Shown here piece after piece: positions 37,675 to 47,410 of a DNA stretch of 64,000 bases (its first letter is position 1; each line of letters begins with the position of its first letter). Position numbers and translations under genes: made by a program. The stretch is from an uncultured Acidobacteriaceae bacterium (GTDB lineage Bacteria; Acidobacteriota; Terriglobia; Bryobacterales; Bryobacteraceae). The stretch lies in contig OY969780.1 of assembly GCA_963703035.1 (NCBI GenBank), positions 969,644 through 1,033,643 of the forward strand. Reading direction: 5' to 3'. The notes under the pieces are model-generated. The model saw nothing but the letters and a program-made list of their open reading frames with translations, was not told the DNA's origin and ran no database searches.

Positions 37675-39294
37675 TCACGGAGCCGTCTGTTGCAAGAGAG
37701 CAAGCTTCTCCACGCTTTGAAGTTCATCAGGCAATCTTCTCAAAATATCTGCTCCAGTTTGCTGCGAGTAACTGCCGCCCAGAAGCCGGCTCAAAGACGT
37801 ATCCAATTCCTTGCACGCAACGAGCAGTTCAGCCGCCCCAGCCTGCCACGACGCTTCCGGACGGTTGCGGGTTTCGCCCGACGCGCCGCCCAATTGATTT
37901 GCCGGCGAATTCACGAGTGGGGCCAAATTCTCGCGCAACTGCGATGCCGCCTGTTCAATCGCAAGCGCATGACGATGCTGCAGGGAGCGCAGAATCTCCC
38001 GATCCGCAGCTCCAAAGCGCAGCTCCAGTGCGGGAGAAAAGGTTTGAGCCAGCACATCCAAGGCATGCGCCTGCGCCACGAGCGAACTACTGAGGTCTAA
38101 GGCACGATCGGTAATCTCCTGGAATGGCTGTGGCCCGCCGCTTCTTGACTCCAAAAGTGAACGTAGAGGGGCGGATGTGCCCGTCGAGGAACTATCAGGC
38201 GCATGGATTGCTTTTCCCGCCGGTGACGGCTGGCCGGAATCAAAGTGTGTTCTCGCATTCGATATTTGAGCCAGAGCTTGCCGGATCTCCCGTTCGCGAT
38301 TACCTGAAATGCCTACGCCGGAGACGACAACGTGCTGCCGCGATGAATCGACGTTAACCGTAAGCGGCTCGCCTGCATCTGCTCCAATTGCATTCAACGC
38401 CGCAAACACGCGCAGCTCGTCTTGTGGGCTCACTTTGCTTTCGGTGTCCGCGCCGGCGGGTGCCGCTGGTTTTATTGCTGCAATCACCGGCCGCGCAGAG
38501 GGCATTTCGCCGGACTCGGCCATCGTCACATCTTCCCGGTCTTCAAAATGGAACTGCCCTTCCACGGGCCTAAAGCTGTCGGCCCGCAAGGTCAACGATG
38601 CGATACGAAGGACGCCCTCCGAGGTTTGCGTTCGCAGGCGATAGAATCGGCTGGCTCCGTTCTCGCCTCGGACGGAAACGACCTGATCGCGCTTGTCCTG
38701 TAACCGGTCCCGCCAGGCGGCAAACGAGCGCGCACTCAGCGGATCATCCCAACTATAGTTCGCCTGTACGAACAACGCTCGGGTGTGTTCGGGACCGGAA
38801 TCCCCTACACCGCCCATTGCAGGGTGGCCTTGTCTTTGAAGCATTGCCGGCCGGTACCAGCTTCGCCCATTCCAGGTGACTCGCACTCTCCCATGCGCCG
38901 GCGTGCGCACCGCGGCTGCATGGGCCAATAATTGCGTCACGCTTCGATGCGGTGTATCGCGGTAGTAAAAGAACGCCAGTACGGCGAGACCGCAGGCTAA
39001 AGCGCTAAGTGCCCCTAAGGCTGGAGAGAAGCGAAACTTGCTTTGCCGGCGATTTAAGCTCGCGATCGGAACGTGTAACGGGCGCCATTCGTGAGACGAC
39101 TCGAGAGCCGGTTTCAGCACCCGGTTGTGGTACTCGGAATATGCGTTGGCAGCGCTCCTCAGTTCTTCTAAACGCAGACGGCAGCGCATGCACTCCTGCA
39201 GGTGAATTTCAATCCTCGCCGCCGCCTTCCCATGTGTCTCTTCATCCGCAAACCGGATCAGATCTTTTTCGGACGCATGAATCGGATTAGGCAT
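37675..39294 (-). CDS. Anti-sigma factor (zf-HC2) with large periplasmic domain
   Basis: HLQECMRCRLRLEEL zinc-finger motif and one TM helix. The ATG at 39294 overlaps the sigma gene stop by 8 nt. An alternative start lies at 39324. Confidence 0.65.
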   Translation of the reverse strand: MPNPIHASEKDLIRFADEETHGKAAARIEIHLQECMRCRLRLEELRSAANAYSEYHNRVLKPALESSHEWRPLHVPIASLNRRQSKFRFSPALGALSALACGLAVLAFFYYRDTPHRSVTQLLAHAAAVRTPAHGRVRVTWNGRSWYRPAMLQRQGHPAMGGVGDSGPEHTRALFVQANYSWDDPLSARSFAAWRDRLQDKRDQVVSVRGENGASRFYRLRTQTSEGVLRIASLTLRADSFRPVEGQFHFEDREDVTMAESGEMPSARPVIAAIKPAAPAGADTESKVSPQDELRVFAALNAIGADAGEPLTVNVDSSRQHVVVSGVGISGNREREIRQALAQISNARTHFDSGQPSPAGKAIHAPDSSSTGTSAPLRSLLESRSGGPQPFQEITDRALDLSSSLVAQAHALDVLAQTFSPALELRFGAADREILRSLQHRHALAIEQAASQLRENLAPLVNSPANQLGGASGETRNRPEASWQAGAAELLVACKELDTSLSRLLGGSYSQQTGADILRRLPDELQSVEKLALLQQTAP

Positions 39295-39844
39295 GCACAG
39301 CCTCCGCCAGTCGCGAGATCGCACGCCTCAGAAACTCATTCACTGTCGACGAGCTAATCCCTATCACCTCGGCGATCTCCCGATAGCGCAGTCCTTCCGA
39401 GCGAAGATATAAACAATTCCTCTGCTGCGGCGATAACGTGTTGAGTGCTGCGTGCAAACACTGCATTTTTTCGCGATCGAGAATCCTGCGCTCCGGTGAT
39501 TCGGTGATCTCATACGTGAGCCGGTCCCAATCTAAGCTGGCTACGCGAAATACTTTCTCGCGCGACCGCACCTTGAGTGCCATATTGTGCGCCACGCGAA
39601 ACAGCCAAGCTCGCATGTTGAGGATGGTTTCGCCTTTGCACATCGTTTGGTAAAGTCGCAGGTACACTTCCTGGGTCACCTCTTGCGCTTGTGCCTCCGG
39701 AATCCCGAGATAAAGCACATACGAGCAGATATCGGCTCGCGTCTGCTGATAAATCTGCTCCACATCGTACTCGAGCCTTGTGGCCCCCTGTTCCGGCGAA
39801 TCGCTCAGAACCGGATGCTCCTCGAAAGTGAGTGAAATAGGCAC
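39287..39844 (-). CDS. ECF-type RNA polymerase sigma-70 factor
   Basis: Region 2 (WLFRVAHNMAL) and region 4 HTH (YREIAEVIGISSSTVNEFLRRA). Confidence 0.88.
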   Translation of the reverse strand: MPISLTFEEHPVLSDSPEQGATRLEYDVEQIYQQTRADICSYVLYLGIPEAQAQEVTQEVYLRLYQTMCKGETILNMRAWLFRVAHNMALKVRSREKVFRVASLDWDRLTYEITESPERRILDREKMQCLHAALNTLSPQQRNCLYLRSEGLRYREIAEVIGISSSTVNEFLRRAISRLAEAVHA

Positions 39845-39847
39845 ATT

Positions 39848-40468
39848 TCAATGGCCGAATCGAAAGCCAAAATCAGCCGTCCAGGAAAGCCATGCTTGCC
39901 TTCGATCTCCATAGTTCGAAAACCCAGTCGAATAACCCCGCACTGAAGTTCCGAGCCAATAATGGCGTTTCCGGTCCAACGCGAGACGGCTACCCAGGCT
40001 CGCTTGGGCTAGCAAAGCGTCGCGGAATTGGCCGTAATCGGCGTGCCAGGCGTACGCGCCGCCCATCCCTAGAAATAGCTCTACACGGCCGCTAACGATG
40101 GGCAGAATGCCTTTGGCCCCAAATGGCAAAATCGTAACGCGCGTCCTCTCGGTTTCGGGCACAATGACGCACGCCGGACAACCTGGACCGATGCTCACCA
40201 AAGTCTGTCCGCTGGATATGACCGGAAGGAAAAGCACAGTATGAGTCGCCGGCAATAACGTGTCGACACCGGTCTCAAGCGCAAAATACTTCCAAAGCCG
40301 ATATTCATAGCGGCCGCTAAATAGAGGTCCGCCGCGTTCGTCAAACTCATTGTAGGAGTAGGTCTGGCCACCCGCGCTCAATGTAACCGTGCCGGTATGA
40401 GACGGCTCTTGTGCCGAAAGCGTCAGGGCGCTAACAGCCAGGGAGAACGCCAAGAATGATCTATTCAC
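39848..40468 (-). CDS. Putative outer membrane beta-barrel protein
   Basis: Signal peptide MNRSFLAFSLAVSALTLSAQE with alternating hydrophobic pattern. It lies 3 nt upstream of the sigma gene. Confidence 0.5.
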   Translation of the reverse strand: MNRSFLAFSLAVSALTLSAQEPSHTGTVTLSAGGQTYSYNEFDERGGPLFSGRYEYRLWKYFALETGVDTLLPATHTVLFLPVISSGQTLVSIGPGCPACVIVPETERTRVTILPFGAKGILPIVSGRVELFLGMGGAYAWHADYGQFRDALLAQASLGSRLALDRKRHYWLGTSVRGYSTGFSNYGDRRQAWLSWTADFGFRFGH

Positions 40469-41161
40469 ATCTGGAAAGACCCTGCCGAACTGGTTTTAAC
40501 GACAGGCTTGAAAGCTTTTTTGCCGTGTCATGCAACGCCAGTCTGCCGTGTGTCCCGGCGCAGCGAATATTGCCTCGCGCTTACTGCCCAACAGTCGCTA
40601 CACGTCGGAGTTATTGCCGGATCCGAGCTCAACCGGCGCGCGCCCATCGGCCACGGCCGACTCTGGGATTGCTAGAACAGGTGTGAGGCCGTCGGCGTAT
40701 CCGATGTCAAATAACATGGCTTTCGATACTACGGTGCAGATTTACGCGGCAAGTTGATCACAAACAGAGCTGCTTGCCCTTAACCTCGCGTGGATCGGCG
40801 CGTTCCTTTTGAGACCCGCGAGACGGTGCGGGAGTAGTCTTCGGCTTCGGACATATTTACCAGGGCCGCCAGGGCATGGTCAGCTCCGGCGTACTCGGGG
40901 CTCGTATTAGGCCTTGTGTTCCTTGTCTGCGGCAGCCTGACTCCGGGACAGATACTCCATTCCGCAATCGACCTTCATAACGGCATTTCTCTGGTAGAAC
41001 GCTTAACCGGCTGGAAAACGGTCCCGCTTCCGATCCAGCCGCATAAGTTGCATCGACGGATAACCCATCATTTCCTGAGCACCATCGCCTCGGCGGCTCC
41101 GGCAAGAGCGAAGGCAGTCAGGTATGTGTCAGCCCAGAACTTTTGTCCGCCGGTCCGGGTG

Positions 41162-42037
41162 CTAATTCTTCTTTTCCCAGTGATAGAAGAGATCACCCGT
41201 CCCGTTTTTCACCGTGTAATCGTCAGGAGGTTGGAACAAGCTCGGCGCGGGCTCTGAACGCTGAATATTCGTCAGCTTATAAGTTGTTTCGCCCATTCTC
41301 GGATCGTCGCTCTTGCTCATCACTAATACCTTCAAATCCGGCGAATACCAGCTTTCCGTCGTAATGACAAGCGGCTGAACATTTCCGATCCGCCCCGCCG
41401 GAATTGTTCGTGTGATGCGCGTCCCTTGCGCTGGCACGCCCTCTACGGTCTGCGTGCCTAGGTCTGTTTTCGAGATATCGTGATCGTCCGGCGCACCCTC
41501 GCGCTTGATCATAACCTGATTTCTGCCCCCGGAGTTCGGTGCCGGCCCCACAGAAGTGTAAAAAAATGTCTTGGTCGCGGCGAGTGGAGGCGGCATCATC
41601 CCTATAGCGCCGGCGTTCTTGCCCGCAGGAATCGACAACTTGATCGCGGTCTTCGTTTGCGCGTCAAGCGTCCAATGCACCTGAGCTATGGGGTCGTCGA
41701 TCATCACAATGTGCGGAGCATCTCCATTCTTTCCCGTCAAGCCAGCAAGCTCCTCCTCCCGCCTCACCCGGCCTTGACTGTCGCGCGCAACGCTGCCTGA
41801 CGTCGTCTGCTCGATACGGTTCCCATCTGCCAGCACCTGTACTCGTTGCGTGCTTGTTTCTGCCGAATATGGCGCGCCCCCAACCGTCCCCATCGGAACC
41901 GCCATAGCGGTAGTGATGCCAGCCGCCCCGAATTCAACGTCGGGCAATTGAATCGCCACCTGCTTTTGCCCGGATACCGCCGTTTGCCCGAGCGCACATC
42001 CTACACATAGACCCGAAATTAAAATCAACTTACGCAT
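41162..42037 (-). CDS. Secreted hypothetical protein, 291 aa
   Basis: Signal peptide MRKLILISGLCVGCALGQTA. It lies downstream of a sigma/anti-sigma pair. Confidence 0.6.
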   Translation of the reverse strand: MRKLILISGLCVGCALGQTAVSGQKQVAIQLPDVEFGAAGITTAMAVPMGTVGGAPYSAETSTQRVQVLADGNRIEQTTSGSVARDSQGRVRREEELAGLTGKNGDAPHIVMIDDPIAQVHWTLDAQTKTAIKLSIPAGKNAGAIGMMPPPLAATKTFFYTSVGPAPNSGGRNQVMIKREGAPDDHDISKTDLGTQTVEGVPAQGTRITRTIPAGRIGNVQPLVITTESWYSPDLKVLVMSKSDDPRMGETTYKLTNIQRSEPAPSLFQPPDDYTVKNGTGDLFYHWEKKN

Positions 42038-42075
42038 CTCGTTTCTCTATCTCCTTTATTCACGTCATGAACTCG

Positions 42076-42531
42076 TCACTGCACCAGCCGCACGGCTCGG
42101 GCTACCCCATCCTGCCCTACCAGCAAATCTGCACTGATCCTTTCCTCACCCGTAACGGACGTAACGGGCACTCCAATCTCGCCAAGCTGCGAAACCGGAA
42201 TCTGGACGCGGACGATGACCGGCTGCTCCAGAGGTACTTCGCTCTCCGCATACGGAAGCGCGATGAATCCCGATCTCGCGCGCGCTGCCGGAATCGTGGC
42301 CATCGCGTGTTCTGAAGCTGCGCTACGCTCCCAATGCATCCACGCCAGATACAAACTGGCTGCGATCGCCAGTGCCGCTGCCATCCGCACACGCCGCCGG
42401 TACCGCGCGCTTTCCTTCAACCTGGCTCGGAACGCCATTCGCATCCGCGCCTCAAAGGTCGCACCCGCAGTCTGCGGCGTCGCCCTCACAAGCCGTCGAA
42501 ATCGATCCTCTAATTCGTCCTCGTCATTCAT
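42076..42531 (-). CDS. Putative membrane anti-sigma factor
   Basis: The start at 42531 directly abuts the sigma gene stop. It has a single TM helix (MAAALAIAASLYLAWM). No zf-HC2 motif, so the call rests on position. Confidence 0.5.
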   Translation of the reverse strand: MNDEDELEDRFRRLVRATPQTAGATFEARMRMAFRARLKESARYRRRVRMAAALAIAASLYLAWMHWERSAASEHAMATIPAARARSGFIALPYAESEVPLEQPVIVRVQIPVSQLGEIGVPVTSVTGEERISADLLVGQDGVARAVRLVQ

Positions 42532-43154
42532 ACCGGACACCTCTCGCCCTTGCGCAACTTTGCCGCCAAAATCGCGCGGGCCCTGTGCAATCTCGATCGC
42601 ACCGTCCCGATTGCACAACCTAGTCGTTCCGCGGCTTCAACGTAACTCAAGCCCTCTAAATCACACAGCACAACCACCTCGCGATAGTTCGGCGCCAAGC
42701 TGAAAATCGCTGTCCGCAAATTCTCGAGTTCCTGCCCTTTACTTAATTCCTCGACCACGCCTGCGCCCAAGTCGCTTGCTTCAACGGCTGCCTTCAAACC
42801 GCACGTCCGGTCGCGCGAAAGATGCCGCCGTACCTTGTTGCGCGCCGCTCCGATCAAATATCCTTGTAACGCTCCCTGCTCTTCGGCATACAGCTTGCGT
42901 TCTGAAAGCAGCATCAGAAACACCTCTTGCGTTACCTCTTCCGCTGTCTCCCGGTTTCCTGACATGTGCAGGGCAAACCGGAAAACCGGAGCTTCATGAC
43001 GCCGAAAAAGTATCACGAATGCGTCCTCATCTCCTTTGCTCGAGAGCTGCAGCAGCTTGCTATCGCTCAGTTCCTCATACGGCCGTCTGTTCCTCACGCC
43101 GTCTGCAACGCCTTCCCACAACGTATTACCGCGAACGGCCGAAAAGGTTCCCAA
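42528..43154 (-). CDS. ECF-type RNA polymerase sigma-70 factor
   Basis: Region 2 (FRFALHMSGNRETAEEVTQEVF) and region 4 (LSYVEAAERLGCAIGTVRSRLHRAR). Confidence 0.88.
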   Translation of the reverse strand: MGTFSAVRGNTLWEGVADGVRNRRPYEELSDSKLLQLSSKGDEDAFVILFRRHEAPVFRFALHMSGNRETAEEVTQEVFLMLLSERKLYAEEQGALQGYLIGAARNKVRRHLSRDRTCGLKAAVEASDLGAGVVEELSKGQELENLRTAIFSLAPNYREVVVLCDLEGLSYVEAAERLGCAIGTVRSRLHRARAILAAKLRKGERCPV

Positions 43155-43175
43155 AACTTTTGTCGCAACCCACCC

Positions 43176-44042
43176 TCACACAGAGGGCGATAAATGATGC
43201 CGTGCATAGGACTGAAACACGGCTTCACAATCCTCCGTCGGGGAATCTACGAATCTGCCGCGCAGGATCGCCGCCAAGTCTCCTAGCGCAAGCCGTAGAA
43301 GTTGAGCCGAAAGCCGCGTCCGCTCGCTATTTTGCTCTGACATTCCGGCATTCGCCACTCTCAGCGCATACGGCAGCGCAGCCGGCAATGATGCTTGAGT
43401 CTTATCGGTATAGAAGTAATACACGATCGGATATAGGACGAGATCTACCCGCGCCTGCACCAAACCTGCGCTGAAGTCGGTAAGCGCCCGTTCCGCATTC
43501 TCTCCGTTAATCGAAGAGCCCATTTCCTGTTCTGCGCGATTCAAAAGTGAGATGCGCCTCGCCAAGTTGCGTGTCCGTCCGACGGCTGCCTGCACGAGAA
43601 CAATCGACGAAATGCTTGCCGTGAGTATTCCAAATCCGAGCAGCGCTTCAAACGTGACAAGCAGGTGTAGCCAAACTGGAACGGGACCGTAGTCGCCCAG
43701 ACCGAGCGTCGTCACAATGTTGAGAGAAAAATAGACCATCGGCCAGAATCCCACTGGAGGCTGGCCCACTTGAACTTTGAAGTGGCCCGTAGGCATGGCC
43801 CAATAGATAAGCGCGAATCCCACGCACACGGACATCGCCCAGATAAAAATAACCAGCACAATCGAAAGCGGGCCCGCACTGCTGAGCAGCCGCGGAATGT
43901 GCCGGAATAGATTGAACACGTTTCTCGCGACAAAGTCGCTCAGGGATCCGGTCGCGGATGGATTGAACAGGTCCCGGAACACCTCACGCAACGTAAGCAG
44001 GACGATCAGAGAGCCCAGAGCCGCCGGCCAGTAGCTCCACAT
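43176..44042 (-). CDS. Potassium channel family protein (Ion_trans_2-like)
   Basis: TM helices and a pore-loop-like TTLGLGDYGP. The ATG at 44042 is preferred. The GTG at 44141 would overlap the divergent cupin gene 5' to 5'. Confidence 0.7.
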   Translation of the reverse strand: MWSYWPAALGSLIVLLTLREVFRDLFNPSATGSLSDFVARNVFNLFRHIPRLLSSAGPLSIVLVIFIWAMSVCVGFALIYWAMPTGHFKVQVGQPPVGFWPMVYFSLNIVTTLGLGDYGPVPVWLHLLVTFEALLGFGILTASISSIVLVQAAVGRTRNLARRISLLNRAEQEMGSSINGENAERALTDFSAGLVQARVDLVLYPIVYYFYTDKTQASLPAALPYALRVANAGMSEQNSERTRLSAQLLRLALGDLAAILRGRFVDSPTEDCEAVFQSYARHHLSPSV

Positions 44043-44118
44043 GTTCTCTTCAGCGTAGGACGAAGCATCAGCTCGCAAAGAAAGCCTGGTTGTGGGAGCA
44101 TTTCCATCAGGAACTGCT

Positions 44119-44439
44119 ATGCCGTTTGTGGACGTCAGCACCCTGCCTGTGATCGAGCGCTTGCCCGGTTGGTATGGACGATATTTCCACTCGCCGAGCT
44201 TAACCTTCGCGCATTACGATTTCACGCGCGGCGCTTCCATTCACGAACATTTCCATGTGCAGGAAGAAATGTATGAAGTGCTTGAGGGCGGGCTCGAAAT
44301 GACCATAGACGGCGTGACCGAGATTGCCCGGCCCGGTTTCGTCGCTATCGTGCCGAGTGGCATTCCGCATTCCGTCAAAGCACTTACCGACGGCCGGGTC
44401 ATAATCGTCGACTATCCCCGCAGGCGTGAGTTCGACTAG
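44119..44439 (+). CDS. Cupin domain protein
   Basis: GASIHEHFHVQEEMYEVLEG and PSGIPHS cupin motifs. The ATG at 44119 is used. Confidence 0.8.
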   Translation: MPFVDVSTLPVIERLPGWYGRYFHSPSLTFAHYDFTRGASIHEHFHVQEEMYEVLEGGLEMTIDGVTEIARPGFVAIVPSGIPHSVKALTDGRVIIVDYPRRREFD

Positions 44440-45272
44440 CCCGGCGGCATCCACGCCTGGAGCATCGCGCTAATTTCTCCTGAGTCCGCCGCTTCGTTCG
44501 CAAATGTAAATCCGCCCTCGTCGCGCATCTCTCGTGCGGCACGCAGAAACATTCCCAGAGCGGCGCGGCAGAGAGCGCTGCCCACGCTGACGCGCTTCAC
44601 TCCCATCGCGGACAAAGCATCTAGACTCAGTGGAACGCCTTGGAGCCCCATCAGGACGTTCACCGGCCGATCCACAGAGCTCGCCACGGCGGCAATCTCC
44701 TCCTTGCCGGCCAAGCCCGGCGCATACAGAACATCTGCCCCCGCTTCTTGATAAGCCTGCAGCCGCGCAATCGTATCCTTTAGGTCACGCCGCCCGTGCA
44801 AGTAGTTTTCTGCGCGCCCCGTCAGCGTGAAAGTAAAAGGAAGCGCCTGCGCCGCCACTGCCGCAGCGCGAATTCGCTCCGCCGCAAATTCCTTCTCATA
44901 AATCGGATCGTCCGGGTTTCCGGTTGCATCTTCGATCGAGCCCCCAACAACTCCCGCCGCTGCCGCAAGTGCGATCGTTTCCTCGACAACCTCGGGCGCA
45001 TCGCCGAACCCGTTCTCGAGATCCGCGCTTACCGGCAGGTCGCTCGCAGACACAATCCCGGAAAGATGCCTCTTCACCTTGTCGCGCCCGAGCGTATTAT
45101 CCAACTGGCCGGCAGAGAAAGCAGCGCCCATGCTGGTGGTCGCCAGCGCTTCGAACCCCAAGGATGCCAGTAGCCGCGCAGTGCCGATATCCCACGGATT
45201 CGGAATAACGAAAGCACCGTCCCGCTCATGCAGCGCACGAAATGCGCGCCCCTTTTCGAACTGTGTCCGCAT
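44436..45272 (-). CDS. Isocitrate lyase/PEP mutase family protein
   Basis: FVIPNPWDIGTARLLASLGFEALATTS, GGSIED and EAGADVLY. Confidence 0.85.
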   Translation of the reverse strand: MRTQFEKGRAFRALHERDGAFVIPNPWDIGTARLLASLGFEALATTSMGAAFSAGQLDNTLGRDKVKRHLSGIVSASDLPVSADLENGFGDAPEVVEETIALAAAAGVVGGSIEDATGNPDDPIYEKEFAAERIRAAAVAAQALPFTFTLTGRAENYLHGRRDLKDTIARLQAYQEAGADVLYAPGLAGKEEIAAVASSVDRPVNVLMGLQGVPLSLDALSAMGVKRVSVGSALCRAALGMFLRAAREMRDEGGFTFANEAADSGEISAMLQAWMPPG

Positions 45273-45509
45273 GCGTCGATCATACCGGCTCTTTGAGAGC
45301 CGAATCTCTCCGCTTTAGAAGAGATCGCCGAGGCTGGGTGGCGGAATAGAAAACCCCGCATTCCTCCAGGTTTCCTCGGTCTCCCACACGCCCTTTAAAA
45401 TCTCGCCCTATCCGCGAGATTCCCACCTTCCCAACCCGCCGAAGTACCCGGAGCCTTCTTCAAAATAATCCAAGAAGCAAAAGTGCCTCGTATCCGTCTA
45501 CGGGATACT

Positions 45510-46385
45510 ATGCGCAAATACTTTATTGGATCGATATTGTTGTGTGTCTGGCTGGGGTCATTTCCGAGCGGGGCCGCACAGAATACGACGCAGAACGTGA
45601 GGCTCGATCAGGAGCTGCAGATTCCAGGAGACGTGCTGAAACCTGGGAATTACACGTTTTCTGTCGAAGACACGATGCGGGACCGTGCAATCGTTCGAAT
45701 TGAGAATGCCGATAAGGAGAAGCATTATTTGGTGCTCGCCGTACCGAACACGAAGCCTTTGGGCGAAGCCGTGCAAAACGGGCTGATTCTGTTTCAGTCC
45801 AAAAATGATAAAAAGCAGGTGCTGAAGGGATGGGCTTGCCCCGGTTGCGCGACAAGCCTGGAGTTTGTGTATCCAAGACTTGAGGCAGCGAAGATCACCG
45901 CGGATAGCGGCGAATCTGTACTGGCGGTGGATCCGGAATCAGACAAATTGCCTGTCAAGCTTGGGGCGGACGACATGAAGGTAGTCACGCTGTGGCTTTT
46001 GTCGCCAAAGCGGGTAACGGCCGAAGACAAGGAGAAGGGAGTGGTTGCCAAGAAATATAAAGCGCCTCAGAGCAATGCGGCCACCACGACCGAGACGGCG
46101 GAAGTAACGCCGGGCGCCGTATCAAGCGAAACAGCTAGTGCTGCACCAAATATGGCTCAGCGCACGAGCGCCAATCCGCCTCCGCCAGCGCAGCCGGCAG
46201 AAGTGGCTCAAAACCAAACGCCAGGTGAGTCGCCGAATCCTGCGCCGGTTCGGACTACGGGTGAGCGCAGCGAACGTCTGCCGAAAACAGCGAGCAACAC
46301 ATTCTCCTTTGCACTTTTGGGCCTGCTGGCGCTGATGGCCGGAGCGGGACTGCGAGTGAGGCGTGTGCGGCGGTTGCGCGGCTAG
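45510..46385 (+). CDS. Secreted sortase-substrate candidate (C-terminal LPKTAS sorting signal)
   Basis: Signal peptide MRKYFIGSILLCVWLGSFPSGAAQ. The C-terminus is LPKTAS, then the hydrophobic stretch NTFSFALLGLLALMAGAGL, then the basic tail RVRRVRRLRG. Confidence 0.75.
   Translation: MRKYFIGSILLCVWLGSFPSGAAQNTTQNVRLDQELQIPGDVLKPGNYTFSVEDTMRDRAIVRIENADKEKHYLVLAVPNTKPLGEAVQNGLILFQSKNDKKQVLKGWACPGCATSLEFVYPRLEAAKITADSGESVLAVDPESDKLPVKLGADDMKVVTLWLLSPKRVTAEDKEKGVVAKKYKAPQSNAATTTETAEVTPGAVSSETASAAPNMAQRTSANPPPPAQPAEVAQNQTPGESPNPAPVRTTGERSERLPKTASNTFSFALLGLLALMAGAGLRVRRVRRLRG
46278..46295 (+). other. LPKTAS cell-wall-sorting-like motif codons
   Basis: ctg ccg aaa aca gcg agc, in frame with the 45510..46385 gene. 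Confidence 0.8.
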
Positions 46386-46406
46386 CGGCAGTGTTAGCAT
46401 TCCCAC

Positions 46407-46757
46407 ATGAAAGTGACCCCGAGGAGCGTCGGGTTCGCACCCGAAATCGTATCTGAGTGGAAGAAAATTGCGCTGGTCGGCGCGGCGGGCATGCTGCTGG
46501 GATTTGCAACCGCTGCTGCATTCAACGGAGCACTGACGCGTTTGGTCGAGCATGAGGTGCAGCGCTCGTCCGGGCCCGGCAGTTTTACGGTAGTTTCGCA
46601 AGTCCCAGAAACAGTACGTACCCCAGCGAGACCTCTCGATGCGGAGGAACTGGCGAAACTGAGAGTACGGAACCGGCGGCTGCAGGCTTTAGTGGACGTT
46701 CTTCGCCGCCGGGCGCGAGAGCACAACCGGCAGCAAAGCGTCGAAAACGGGGAATGA
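46407..46757 (+). CDS. Hypothetical membrane-anchored protein, 116 aa
   Basis: One TM helix (IALVGAAGMLLGFATAAAF) and a basic coiled C-terminus. It overlaps the sortase gene by 4 nt. Confidence 0.55.
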   Translation: MKVTPRSVGFAPEIVSEWKKIALVGAAGMLLGFATAAAFNGALTRLVEHEVQRSSGPGSFTVVSQVPETVRTPARPLDAEELAKLRVRNRRLQALVDVLRRRAREHNRQQSVENGE

Positions 46758-47410
46758 AATTTCAACTGATCAACGTGTCAATAGAAGCGCTCGTGGTCTC
46801 GGCCGGGGTGGTGCTGTTGGGCATGTCCGGATGGGATCTAGTGAAGTTCACCGCATTTCAGAAGCATCCCGAGTGGTTCGGGGCTTCGAACGAGACGGTA
46901 CTGCGCCGGCAGGACGTTCGGCGTGCTTCTTCGCGAGGTGGGCCGAATGGAGCCGTTCCGCGAGTTATAGGCAGGCTCGAGATTCCGAGACTTCATGCAT
47001 CCGTGCTGGTGCTGGACAAGGACGACGATGAGAGTCTGAGCCTGGCAGCCGGGCATGTGCCCGGAACCGCGTGGCTGGGGAGCGAAGGAAACAGCGTCAT
47101 CGCCGGACACCGGGACACAGCGTTTCGCGCGCTGCGGAACATCAGAGTAGGCGACCGCGTTCGCATCGAAAGCGGGCGGACTTACGACTACATTGTGGAT
47201 TCAGTGCGGATCGTAGCCCCAGATGATCTCCGCGTTCTGCGGGATCATGGCGGGGCAATGTTGACGCTGATTACCTGCTATCCCTTCGGGTACATAGGAG
47301 ACGCGCCGAAGCGATATGTTGTGCGAGCGAAGTTGAAGGAAGTGGCCGTGATCGCTGATGGCGATCAGTACAAGATGGAAGAGAAATACGCTCCGGCGGG
47401 CTCGTTGTAG
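46754..47410 (+). CDS. Sortase family transpeptidase
   Basis: N-terminal TM anchor, catalytic His (VIAGHRDT), TLITC cysteine motif and a downstream Arg (RYVVRA). Confidence 0.88.
   Translation: MKFQLINVSIEALVVSAGVVLLGMSGWDLVKFTAFQKHPEWFGASNETVLRRQDVRRASSRGGPNGAVPRVIGRLEIPRLHASVLVLDKDDDESLSLAAGHVPGTAWLGSEGNSVIAGHRDTAFRALRNIRVGDRVRIESGRTYDYIVDSVRIVAPDDLRVLRDHGGAMLTLITCYPFGYIGDAPKRYVVRAKLKEVAVIADGDQYKMEEKYAPAGSL

Noticed and set aside
37374-38093. 239-aa plus-strand ORF, and other long antisense ORFs at 42776-43474, 29245-29766, 13523-14056 and 10378-11004
   Set aside because: All lie opposite longer ORFs that have signal peptides or family motifs, and their composition is typical of GC-rich shadow frames.
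41060-41160. Minus-strand fragment ...GGQKFWADTYLTAFALAGAAEAMVLRK* faintly resembling the C-terminal part of PIN/VapC toxins
   Set aside because: It is only about 30 residues long and begins right after the upstream gene's stop. It has no N-terminal PIN acidic residues, and continuing it would need a frameshift. It is too weak to call.
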